Assembly: GCF_001194135.2 (NCBI RefSeq) | Contig: NC_068996.1 | Location: 27,790,289 to 27,854,288 of the forward strand | Direction of reading: 5' to 3' | DNA length: 64,000 nt | Origin: Octopus bimaculoides | Taxonomy: Eukaryota | Shown: positions 25,881 through 37,760 of the stretch, piece after piece | Numbering within the stretch: position 1 is the stretch's first letter | Layout of the letters: each line of letters begins with the position of its first letter | Made by a program: the position numbers and the translations under genes | Notes under the pieces: model-generated | Database searches by the model: none | What the model was told of the DNA's origin: nothing | What the model saw: only the letters and a program-made list of their open reading frames with translations

Positions 25881-26724
25881 AAGTCATTAAAATTCAGTTG
25901 ACTCTCAAGCCTTTCATCAACTTTAACCTGTTACATATCTTAATTCAGGTTTTAACCTTGGCATCACACTTTCTTCAAATCCTCGAGTGATGAAAAGTTA
26001 TGTCAGTCATACCAGGTTCAAAAATCGAGACAATAAGATATTATACTGCTTTTACTTGAGTATATTCTTAATACTGAAGAGTGATATTTTATGTAAGTCA
26101 TCATTTAACATCCATTAATGCTGGTTAGCTGATTAACCAGGAGCTGGTAAGCTATAAATCTGCATCAACCTCAAATGCCTGCTTTGGCATAATTTTCATG
26201 TCTCGGTGACCTTCCTAATGCCACCGATTTTACAAAACATACTGGGTGTTTTTTTATTTTTTTTTATTTAAAAAACTTTTTATATGGGCACTAGTGAGGT
26301 TTCCAAATTACTTGGTAGACAATATTCACCAACTGATGGAATGTACTACTGAGGCAGGTGGCTTTATGCCAGATGAAAAGAGGTCACAATGTGTGAAAAG
26401 ACAGGAACAGGTATCTTGCTGTAGGGGAGACACTTGATTACCCTAGCTGGAAAAGAAAGATAATGGTTTTGATGTTAGGGCATTGCCTCAACTCACAGGA
26501 AGGTGACCATAAGACAAATGATATGGGTGGGTAAGTAAGTTCATATGAGGAAGGTACCAGATGGTTAGAGATAAGACCTAAAAAAATGCAGTGAGTGATG
26601 AATAAGTGTAGAGGCATGTGTCGTTATATAAATGATGTGTTCTTTTTTGTTTGTTACCTCACCAAAGCTTGACAACTGGTGTTAGTTTCTTTATGTCCCC
26701 ATAACTTAGTGGTTTGGCCCAAGC

Positions 26725-27475
26725 ATTACATATTCCCTGGAGGATTGTTTTGGTCATCCCTGATGAGCAGGTGATAGGCCCAAACCACCTCAGCTAGTGT
26801 TTCTTTACTGTGGTGAGAGGTTCCTTATCAAGCCATATTGCCTGACTTATTTTTCGTTTCACTTCCTAATTCATGACATGATCTCTGAATGATATTCGCA
26901 AACATCTGAAACATTTCTTCTGTAGCCTGGATTCTTCTTTTGATTTCTGCTGTCAGTGTCCAGGTCTCACAGGTGTACAAAAATATTGAGATCACTAGTG
27001 ATCTCATTAGTTAAATTTTGGAGCTCAGTGAGATACTTCTGGCTTTCCAGTGTTCTGAATTTGATTATTGCTGCTGCTGTTTTGGCAATGTGAGATATCA
27101 CTTCAGGCTTGGAACCTTGGTCACTCACTATCACTCCAAGATGTTTGAAGTTTTCAACTTGTTCAAGCTCAACTCCACTGACTCTTATGTTGGTACTGAT
27201 TCTGTTTGGGCAGTGTGTCATAACTTTTATTTTCTCTGTGTTTATCTCCATGCCAAATTCATTGGAGGTCTTGACTAGGTGCTCTACTAGTTGTTTCAAT
27301 TCTTGTTGTGAACCCGTCAGTCTGACAATATCATGTGTAAAGTGCAGGTTTGTTAGATGTCTGCTGCCAATGCTAATTGTACCACGTGATCTTCTAGTGC
27401 ATCGATTATAATCCTCTCAAGGAAGATGTTGAACAAGTTCAGTGAGAGCAGGCAGCCTTGTCTTACACCGATTGA
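26725..27475 (-). mobile_element. Decayed RTE LINE RT fragment
   Basis: Minus strand: GVRQGCLLSLNLFNIFLE ... FGMEINTEKIKVM ... ELEQVENFKHLG ... MTKTILQG. Confidence 0.85.
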
Positions 27476-27794
27476 CTAAAACAAATAATGTAAGAGATAG
27501 TTGTGACTAATGTTTTTGTGATAGTTCTACACATTGTAGGGCATCACCACAGTGAATGGACACCTATCACATACAAGCACTGATATTGTCACTGAATATT
27601 TCAGTATTTTGTATTGAAAATGTTTTGATATTATATAATACATAGACATATACACGTGCATTTTAGTTCCAATGCTAATGGTATATAATATTTTGAAGTT
27701 ATTCATAGTGATGTAACTTGTATAATATTTAACAAATCAGCCTTGTGGGTTATATATGTTAATGCATTTATTTAAAATATGGAAATAAAATTAG

Positions 27795-28040
27795 GACTGT
27801 GCAGAATGAGTATACTTCAATGCTTCTACAACCACTTCTATAAGATAATGTGTTTTGAAGACTTGTTGATCAGTTGCTGGTATTTCTTGCATTTTAGCAG
27901 CAGCAGCACCATCTCTGGGGTGCTGTATTCAATTGCAGGCCTCACTTGACTCTTGTAGAGTATCAGCAGTTATTTGGTACTGAAATATTTTCTGGCTGGA
28001 GTGAATCATTAGTGTTTTTGAAGCAGTCATCACTATGCTA
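27795..28040 (-). mobile_element. CR1/L2-group LINE fragment, copy 2
   Basis: Colinear with 24615-24870 over about 250 bp with near-identical boundaries. Confidence 0.6.
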
Positions 28041-29297
28041 AGGACATGCTTTTGACAGGCCACAACTTAGCTGATGGTGAGCCCCCAATATTTAGTGCAT
28101 TAAATATGTTTATGTACTTAGTGTATGTTCATCACACACACACACACACAGAAAGTAATCAGAAATAATTAAATTATATTGATAAGTTTTAGAATTCAAC
28201 TGTGTTACTCAAGCTTCTGTTATTTTTTAAATAGATCTTATTTGAAGATTAAAAATTGATTTTTAAATTTTAATATCTTGTCCTCTGCCTACCACTTTTT
28301 GTTTTGTTTTTACAAAATTAAATCCTATTTTTCTTTCTCTTTCCTCCCTTTATTACTCTTCCTCTCTCTTGCTATCTCTCCTTCCCTGTCTACATACTCT
28401 CCTCCTGTCTTTCTTGAGGTGAAGAGAAAATGTTAAAGCTATTGTCAATTTAAAATCATAACCCTAAATTGGTTTTGACATTTAATAATTACCTTAGGAT
28501 AATTAAAAAAAAATTTATTCCTTATAATTTAGATACAAGGCCAGCAATTTTAGGAGGATGTTGTCGGTTGATTACATTGACCACAGTGCTTAACATGTAT
28601 GTTATTTTATTGACCCTGAAGGGATGAAAGGCAAAGTTGATCTCAGGATTTTGCCTTTCATTTTTTCAGGGCTGATAAAATAAAGTACCTGTCAAGCTCT
28701 GGAGTCAGTGGTATGAATAATTCCCTTATCTTCAATTTCAGGCTTTGTGCCTGTGCTTGAAACCAGAAAAAGTGCTTTGTGAAGCATTACAACATCAGAA
28801 AAAGTTGCTTGTGGCGTTTGTTCCAAGTTATGTTCTGAGTTCAAAACTTGTCAAGACCAATTCAACCTTTCAACCTTTTGGGGGATGATAATATAAAAGT
28901 ACATCAGGTTGATGATATCAACTAAACCCTCCTTTCCCTTAAATTGTTGGCCTTGTACCTAAATGGAAAATTATTATTCATCTATTTAAAAAGCTGCATG
29001 ATTTGGTACTTCTAGAAATTGGGTTACTTTAGAGTTTTTGTTTTCAGTCCAACATAACTTTCTGTTGTAATTCTTTTAAGCTTCTTATTTTGTAATTTAG
29101 AAATTATTTTTTAATATACTGAAAAAGAAAAAAAATAATTAGAAACTAACCTTCTTAATTTGGTTTTAATTCCTAATTTAACTATCAATTTTAGAATGTT
29201 GTAATGACTGAATTCTTTTACACTTTAATTATAGTTCTTTATCTTTAGTCCTTTCTTCAACTTTTATTTTGTTGGTTGGTTTTTTCTTTGGTGTTAT

Positions 29298-29335
<38 letters not shown>

Positions 29336-30379
29336 CATAAATTTTTTTACTTATTAACATTTTTTTATTTGTATTTTTCTTTATAATTTTCCTTGGGCGT
29401 GTGCATGCATATACACATGTACATATACACAGTGGAACACATGCATACAGACATAATTTAAAGACTAACTGATGTATATGATTTTTATTTTCTTCCTTCT
29501 GAAAGTTGTCAGTATATTTGTGTTTGCACTTTTGTGTGTTGTGAATATTAACTTAATGTTTTCATTTGATAGTAAGAAAAAAATTTAAGACATTTAGCGA
29601 AAGATTTGCATGTTTAATATAACAGGATATTACTTCAGCATAATTATCAATAATCTACAGAAATGAATTGTATATGTTCAAAAGTTACATATTTATTAGT
29701 TCTTGTTAAAGAAGTCTTAGGAATAATCTTGTAGAATATTGCAGAATGCAAGCATATTGAATTCTTTATTCAACTATCTACACTGCTGTGAAATTTCTTG
29801 TCTGTTACTACAGGTCTATCCTGCCTTTGTACCTGCAGGGGGAAATTTCCTTTAAGAATAGTAACAAAAAAGAAACAAATCAATGTTTTGATGAAAAATA
29901 TTAGGTGGGTGGGCAATATGTTACAATATTATGTGGGTTTTGTAGAAATTGTAACAACTTTCTGGCAATTGGTTGTACTGTCTTTTCAGTTATCAAAGCA
30001 ATGAGTAAAAAAATAAATAAATTTCAGTCTTCTAAGTCATTATGATACCAGATCTACTGATATGAAACAATGAGCTATAACTAATGTCTGTGTGGCTGTA
30101 CTTTTTCTCCATTTTATATATATATATATATATATTAATTGAAATTTCATAGTAGTTTATATGACCAGCCTCTAGGTGAAGCCTGAGAAAGTAATTTTTT
30201 GTTATAATATACCTGTTACCCTCTACACCTAGTATTAATTTTTATATCACATGTTTGTGTCCTATCATATATTAGTAAAGTATATGACAAAAGTCATGGC
30301 CATTTACCCTTCCTCCAAGACTCAACAGGTTTTTTAAAAATTGTAAATATATAAAAAAAATATCTTTTCTCTCTAAAAA

Positions 30380-31480
30380 TGAGATTAATTAAGTTTAGGA
30401 AATAATATTTATTATTCTTTAGTTTCTGTATTTCTTTTATTATGAAGTATTACATTATCTGTTTCTTATGAATACACCTTGATAAAATTAATGTTTTGAG
30501 CAAGTTATTTTTCATATTCTAAAAAAAAAAAACATTCAGGCATTTATCATTCAGACTGCAACTGAAAATTTCAAATCAATGAATGAAGAATTCTTTCATT
30601 CAGCTAAAAAAACTTTTAAGGCAGTGCTGCATTATGGCCATAGTTTGTCTGAATCAAGTAAATGAAGGAAATGTTATGTGATATTATCATCTACAGACAT
30701 TTTGAGCACTGGTATTACTATTAAGTTTTCTATGTTAAATCATGCATTCAAATTAAATTGTAATGAAACAAGAAGGATGTCTTCATTGCAACAATAAAAA
30801 AGTATCAGTAATTACGATTTACTTAAAATCTTAATTAGTGCTTTAATTTCTTGTGATTTTGGTGACAGTAGTTGTTTTGAGTAGTTCTATAATCAAAACG
30901 GTTCCAACTGTAACCATCTCACCTTTTTGTTTATAAAGGGCAACATTCTTTGAACTGGTCTAAAATTGTAGGGTTTAAAAAAATTTAAAAAAAAATTTAG
31001 CTGCTATTTCTTATAGCTTGAGCAATCAGTGAGTGGCTGTCTTGTCCTGTTGAAGTTGGATTCTTTAGAATAGTAAGCACATTCTGAAGTTTATGAAAAT
31101 AAATTTCTCAGCTCACTTGCACATCCTCTTCATTCTGTTTAACCCATTTGTTGGCATATTTCTGTTGAGATAGACTGCCTTTGTTCCAATTAAATTTGAA
31201 AATAAATTAGTAAAATAACTTTGTAATCATTAAGCTGTGTAAGTTAACATGAAATTTGGGTGGAAAGTTTTTAGATCACTTTAAAACAAATTTGTACCCC
31301 GGAAACAATTTCAGTTGGGTTGGTATTGAAAAGGTTAATTGGGTATGTTCTGTCCTTTGATTTAAATATAGTTAAATAATATTTAACCATGCAATTGAAA
31401 AGATTAGGTGAATGGTCAGTGTGTTTAGTTGTACATTTTCTGAGGGATTTCAACTTTGCTGTTGGACTGTTGCAGCTCTG
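30380..31480. repeat. About 1-kb unclassified repeat, copy 2 (about 110-bp extra segment near 31025-31140)
   Basis: Same orientation as copy 1. It ends at ggactgttgcagctctg and runs directly into a Helitron fragment. Confidence 0.85.
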
Positions 31481-31489
31481 GTTAAAGTT

Positions 31490-32070
31490 GATGACAGGTT
31501 GCTCATATGATTCATGGTCTACATTGTAATGCAGATTCTGCATGCTGGAAGAATGGATCATGCTCCAAGAGACTTCCCAAAGAATACTTGCAAAGTACTC
31601 TCTGTGGAGAAAATTCTTATCTTCATAGACGATGATCGGTTGCAATTGGAGTTGAATCGCATAAGAAAGGAAAAACAATCTACAACAAATGGGTTGTTGA
31701 GATTGTTGCCTCAGTGAGGTCAGTTAAGTATGTCATCAAGTACGTGCTGAAAGAAAATGACCAAGCTGCTGTTCAAATAAGCAATGATAACGAAATTAGA
31801 CAATATCTAATGAGTAGGTATATTGGACCATCCGAAGCAGTTGCATCCATTTTAGGATTTTCAATTCCTGAAAGAGTACCTGCAATAGTGAAACTACAAG
31901 TTCATTTACCAGATGAACAAAGAATATTGCTCAGAAATAATGAGAACTGTGTTATTTAAGAATTTTGTTGCATGAAGTTTGTGGACCTGAACGTTTTGTT
32001 GCATTACAAACATACAACAGCACAATCCTCCTTACTTTAAGGAAGCATGTAGAGACGGGACTTCTTGAAA
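31490..32070 (+). mobile_element. Helitron Rep/helicase fragment (distal Rep region)
   Basis: MIHGLHCNADSACWKNGSCSKR-FPK ... YVIKYVLK ... EIRQYLMSRYIGPSEAVASILGF ... KLQVHLPDEQ ... LLHEVCGPERF ... FKEAC..GLLE. Confidence 0.85.
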
Positions 32071-33250
32071 TCTGTATCAAAAAGGAGAGGTTATTAGATT
32101 TGATTTTTAGATTGATTGACCAATTACTGCTGGAATAATCAACTACCTTGAAGAATATGATTGAATTTGTTTTGATGATTCATTATTCTACAGGTGTAAT
32201 ATTTCTTGATTGTCAATCGCTTATTGTTTGTCATATTCAAGGTGATGTTCCACCCATTGTTACCTTCAGGAAAAAAGAGAATGTACTGCAATGGGTCATA
32301 CAAACAATGAGTTTCCGAGATTATAGTTAGTTCATGTCCTCTTTCTTTGAAGACGATATGCCTAGAGGATGCATCTTGATTTATATTGGGTAAAATAACT
32401 AACTTCATTTGCATTTGGTACATTCTAATGCCACTCATGCTCTTCAGTTGGCCTCCTGCTCTCACGAATAATAAGTGTAGCTTATGGTATATTTCTGAAT
32501 ACATTTTGAATGAAGCAATATATGGATTTCTCTCTCTCAAAAGTGCTTCAATTTGTTCTATGATTCTTCTTTCTAGCCCTGCTTCTTTGTTCAAAATTCT
32601 TTTGTTGTACTGAGTCTTTTGGGTCCAAGAAGTATAGTTGAACAAATTTGGTTTTAGTGGACTCAGGAAATGGTAAATTTGTCCATGAATTTTGACTGAG
32701 GGATTGTTATTTTCAGGTTGCTGATTCTCTTTGCAATTAAAAGATGTCCTTTGGAAAATGCTATTGTACTGCCTAGCATATTTTCTGAAATTTTTCCCCA
32801 CATCTGTCTGACCTTCAAATAATTCCCTCATTACTGGTGGTAAGTCAAGTAGTGGTGCTAAATTGACTTTTCCATTTATACAGTAAAAGTTGGCAGTTTC
32901 TCCCAGAAATTTGAAAGCTCTACAGGGGAATATTTGATTAATTTCTCCAAGAGAGACATCAATATCTTGATGGTTGCAGTGATGACAATTTTGCTTTCAA
33001 AGTCATTGAAGTTGTCTGTTCTTCATTTTCATTTAAATGAACTTCTTGTCTCATTTGAGCTTGCTTTAGTCTTTCAGCCCTTTGATTATAATTTTCGTTT
33101 AAACATCAGATTTGTTGTCTTTTCAATCTACATTGTCTCTGTTCTTCTGTTTCAAGTCTTAATCGCTCTCTTTTGATTCAGACATCTTTCTCTGATTAGT
33201 TGACACCCCTCCCTTTCTCAGATTCTTTTGGCTTTGGGTATTGGATGGCT
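32071..33250 (-). mobile_element. Helitron Rep/helicase N-terminal fragment
   Basis: ORF 32139-32831(-): KNFRKYARQYNSIFQRTSF ... VKIHGQIYH ... YDPLQYILFFPEG..GW, continuing to an LFQQ*LV ... KIESN-like motif. Confidence 0.85.
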
Positions 33251-34057
33251 CAAACCAGGCCTTTTTGGTGGCATCTGGGAAAAATATTCTTATGAATTCT
33301 TATAAAAAATCTCATGAAAATATAGGGAGAATTTCTATCTTTCAATCCATCGCACTCCAAAAGTTGTATAAATGATTTGTTGAAGGAAAAAAAAAAAGGC
33401 TGGACAGCAGTAGCTGTGACAACTCTTTGAAGTGTTGCTGCCACTATTCAACAGTTTCAACTTTTTTTTTCCCCCATAAAATGGGAAATGACTGTTTTCT
33501 TTNNNNNNNNNNNNNNNNNNNNNNNNNNNNNNNNNNNNNNNNNNNNNNNNNNNNNNNNNNNNNNNNNNNNNNNNNNNNNNNNNNNNNNNNNNNNNNNNNN
33601 NNNNNNNNNNNNNNNNNNNNNNNNNNNNNNNNNNNNNNNNNNNAAATAGTAATCATATTAAACTGCATTATTCCATGGGTTCTATGCAGTCTGAATAGAG
33701 CTATACATAATTGCCTTGTATCCCCCAGGCATTCTATAAAAATTGCATGTCTGTGATTTATATCTTGTCTTTTGCCTAAAGATGTGTTTGGTATGATTAA
33801 ATGTATCTGATAAATTTTTTGCTATATTGTGGTTCACCTGGTTATTGTCTGATATTTATTGTCCAATCTGCATCACTTAAAAAAATACCAGGCATCTTTA
33901 AATTCTATAGAGAGAATATGTGGATTTTCAATGAAATTGAAGTTTTTCAATAAAGTTTTAAAGTCATCATACTGTGGTTGTCATTCAAACTCTTTTAATT
34001 GTAATACCAAACTTTTTTCTGAGCAAAACATGTGTACACACACACACACACACACAC

Positions 34058-34085
34058 ACGTACGTACGTACGTACGTACGTACGT
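34058..34085. repeat. (ACGT)7 self-complementary tetranucleotide repeat
   Basis: Direct read; it follows a (CA)n tract. Confidence 0.95.
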
Positions 34086-34506
34086 ATGTTCAGACATACT
34101 CTACAGAGAATTATCTTTCTTACCCTGTGGCATGTTAAAATCAACTTTTCTATAAACCATTGTGTGCTTTGTGTCTATACACATAAAGGAGGACTATATA
34201 TTCGTATTAAACTATTGTGTGGAAGGTTTAAAAATACATTATCAAGGATCTAAAATGTATTTATTGCAATAATAATTACATTATTTTCTTTTCTCTTTTA
34301 CTGTTGTTTAATGAAATATCTGAAAATGTTTTTGAATGCTTTTTTTTTGTTAAAATTGCTTTACATTTTATGCTTAACTGTTTGTCTTGAAAATAAAATG
34401 TAAAATCAAACAATATCTATTTCAATTTGATTAACCATTGCTTTATTAATATAATTACACATGTATCATTCTTTATTTTCTTTTTCTTTTTACCTGCTAT
34501 CTTCAG

Positions 34507-34524
34507 TGAGCGACAACTTTTTCG
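34507..34524 (+). CDS. MAPK8IP3/SPAG9: 18-nt symmetric microexon, VSDNFF
   Basis: Long polypyrimidine tract ctttattttctttttctttttacctgctatcttcAG, exon TGAGCGACAACTTTTTCG, donor GTAAGA. Splicing gives VSDNFF-GMGKE, matching the recalled vertebrate JIP3 VRDDFF-GMGKE. Confidence 0.85.
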
Positions 34525-35619
34525 GTAAGATTACTGTCCTCAGCCCATCTCTCTTTAAGTTGTTGCTTTGCAGCATTCAAGCACTGTTGAAGAGGCTTTA
34601 AATATTGTCCTTTTTTAAATTTTTTTATTATTATTGTTAAATAGATCTCATGATATGGTTTATAATATAGCATTATATAATATCCATAAGGAAAGAAAAA
34701 AATTATGCAACAAGGCTTGACAAGGATTGTCTTTTGTGTTCTTCCATGTCTTGCTACATTTCCTTGGATGTCTGTGTTTTTTGTGCACGTGTGCACATGC
34801 GTGCACACGTTTGCTTGCTTTTGTATTTGTACTGTTTTCGTTTTGTTTTATGTCCTTGTAAATATCTGTACCATTTGTGTGTGAATTCTTGATGAATCAG
34901 TATTCTTTATTTGTACTGTTCTGTTGGTCATTGTCATTTTATGTTTGACATTCTCAGGATATTAAAACTGTTATGTTGTATATGAATCAACATATTTTGT
35001 AACTTCGATGTTCTTACATTAAAAAGTGTCAACATTATTTGTCAAGTGTTCAAATTGATTTCTTGTAACATAGCATGTTGTTGGCATTTTTATGTCTGAT
35101 TTGTTCAATGTTGTAAACTGCTTTCTGTCAGTCTTTGTTGTTGTGTATGTGTGGTCTTGTTGATGTTATTCTTCCAGTAAGTCCCAGTAACCTACTGGGT
35201 CTAGTCAATCAACTAGAATTCTTCTCTGCAAACACATGGTCCTGTTTCTGTAGAGTAAATCATTACTGCAATCATTTTACCTTGAGTATTAGGATTTAGC
35301 CCTGCAAGCTCAATGCATTTTTCACTGCAAATAGCATTGATTTTTGTACTTTCTCCTGATACATATTTAACTCAGACATTGTATTTTTAGTAGCATTTCT
35401 AATAGACACCCATCCAACGCATCAAGTAGGCAACTAAATAGCTGAGTTGCTAAAATGAGTGGTTGAAATCTTTTGAGCTAAATTAATTTACACATTTAAG
35501 ATTGTAAAATTTTCAATCCTGTACTTCACTATATAGTATATTTTGAAAATTTACACTAAATCACAGCATCAAAAAGTGGTTTTAAAAAACAATGTCATAT
35601 TGAAAATATAAAATATCTA

Positions 35620-36468
35620 GAAGCAAATATATCTGGACTGTTGTCATAGTAGCGAAGCTAAAGCACGCATACTGAAGCTGCTAAGCAAAGATTGACCTTG
35701 AAATCTACAGTGCATGCACACTAAGTTATAACATTCTAGCTCACTTCTGCCGTTTCCAGCAGTACTTGGAAGGAATGTGTGTAGCGCATGATTGTCACAT
35801 TGACCATGACAGTGAAAGTTGAGCAGAGAATCGACATCAAATTTTGCTAAAAGCTTGGCAATACCTGCTCAGAGGCCTATGCAAAGTTTTCAAAAAGTTT
35901 TCCTCGTTCTCAAGGCAATCAAGGTCTTGTGCAACTGAAACCCATGTCTTTTTTGTCAGCTGAAAGCAGTTTTGTCAGCTGAAAGCAGTTTTGTCACAAA
36001 CTTGGCAGACATGTATCTTATATACAAATCTTCAGTGATAATGTACTGAACTAAACTGTAACTAATCTGCACATCCTCTGATAACTCAAGGATGGTGATT
36101 TGATGATTCCCCCCTCCTCACAGCTGCATGAACACCTGCAATGTTTTTCTCAGCCATCTTGGAAACATCTGAACCACTCATACACTTGTGTGCAATTCAT
36201 TCACTCCTCTCCATACACTTTCTGTAACTGCGTAGGCCTCTGAGCAGGTATTGCCATAACAACTTTCCCTATCATGGTCAATGTGATGATCACGTTACAC
36301 ACATTCCTTCCAAGTACTGCTGGAAACAGCGGAAGTGAGCTAGAATGTTATAACTTAGTAAGCATGCACTGTAGATTTCAAGGTCAATCTTTGCCTAGCA
36401 GCTTCACTCTGTGTGCTTTAGCTTCGTTATTATGACAAGTCTGAATACTTATTGATCAGACCTTGTGT
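35620..36468. mobile_element. Fold-back mariner derivative with about 240-bp inverted arms
   Basis: 35641-35882 is the reverse complement of 36229-36438 (roughly 90% by eye, one deletion of about 30 nt). The arms contain the transposase start KVEQRIDIKFC*KLGNTCSEAYA. A TIR-like tacacaaggtctgatcaataagtattcagac (minus strand) lies at 36440-36469. Confidence 0.85.
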
Positions 36469-36493
36469 ATGTAATGTATCTATATCTCTGTGC

Positions 36494-36544
<51 letters not shown>

Positions 36545-36559
36545 TACATACATATACAT

Positions 36560-36589
<30 letters not shown>

Positions 36590-36592
<3 letters not shown>

Positions 36593-36950
36593 GGTGCAAG
36601 CATGGCTGTATGGGAAGAAGCTTGCTTCCCAACCACATGGTTCCAGGTTGGTTCAGTCCCACTGCATGGCATCTTGGGAAAATGTCTACTACTATAGCCT
36701 TGGGTTGACCAAAGCCTTGTGAGTGGGTTTGGTATATGGAAGCTGAAAGAAGCCTGTTGTATATATCTGTATTTGTCCCTTCCATCACTGCTTGGCAACC
36801 GGTGTTGGTGTGTTTATGTCCCCGTAACTTAGCGGTTCAACAAAAGAGACCAGTAGAATAGATCCTGGGATTAATTTTTGACTAAAAATCTTCAAGCTAG
36901 TGCTCTAGCATGGCTGTAGTAAAATGACAAACAATAAAAGAATAGGAAAA
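36590..36950 (+). mobile_element. tRNA-derived SINE (family A)
   Basis: gaagcttgcttcccaaccacatggttcc...ggttcagtcccactgc...ctactatagccttgggttgaccaaagccttgtgagtgg. Confidence 0.8.
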
Positions 36951-37011
36951 CGTATGATAAACACAAGATGAAATTTATATCATTTGTTCCCAACATGTTT
37001 CACCATTGTGG

Positions 37012-37760
37012 TTAATTGCAACCTCTGCAGTGGATGTTTCTAGTGCAAGAGAAAGATAATGTCATTATTATCACTGAGGCAATCTCTAAGAGGGTGACAT
37101 GCATACTCGGTGCTTTTCCTCTTGGAACTGCTTGCAAGAGGAAGAGCATCAGGTATGCATCAAAGTGTAATCTCCCAGTCATCCTACACAAGTCCACAAT
37201 CTTGGTCTCCAGGCACTCTGTTATAGCTTTTGAGGGGTTTGCGGAGCCAAGAATGCAGACAGTGTTCCTTGATGTCAGCCAAGCCTCTGCCAAGATGGGA
37301 TGAATGCTGAATATGGTGTCTTGGAATTCAGTTTCACCATAGCTCATGTTTATCACCTCTGACTTGGATGGATTGATTTCAAGCCCAAGAAGCTTTAGGA
37401 TTGAGTATAGACTCAGCTGAGTCACCTAGGGTCACATCATCCAAGTTATGAGACATTGAAAGGTGAGAGGACTGATTGGGTAACACCATTGACACCCAAT
37501 GCAAAAAGATACGGACCAAGAGGATCACCCTGCTGGACACCTGGTAAAGAAACAACCCTGTTAGCAGCATCCATGAGTGTGCTGGAGTTCCATAGGTGAT
37601 GTATGCTGTATGTAATGTTTGGCCACATGGTCAGCAGCCTCACATCCACATTTGACTTTGAACCCCAGCTAGACAGGGCTTAGTGCTTCCCTCAGGTCAC
37701 CCCTGACTGATCTACATGCTATCCCAACTCAAACCATCGAAAGATGTTGTCCCCTATTAT
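37012..37760 (-). mobile_element. CRE-clade non-LTR retrotransposon RT fragment
   Basis: Minus strand: GVQQGDPLGPYLFALGV ... NLDDVTLG ... LGLEINPSKSE ... ILGS ... K...L.RM..RL...AYLMLFLL. GVQQGDPLGP and (Y/N)LDD are characteristic of CRE RTs. Confidence 0.65.

Noticed and set aside
32139-32831. Longest ORF (230 aa) as a nested host gene
   Set aside because: Its motifs are Helitron Rep/helicase N-terminal, and the flanks are frameshifted.
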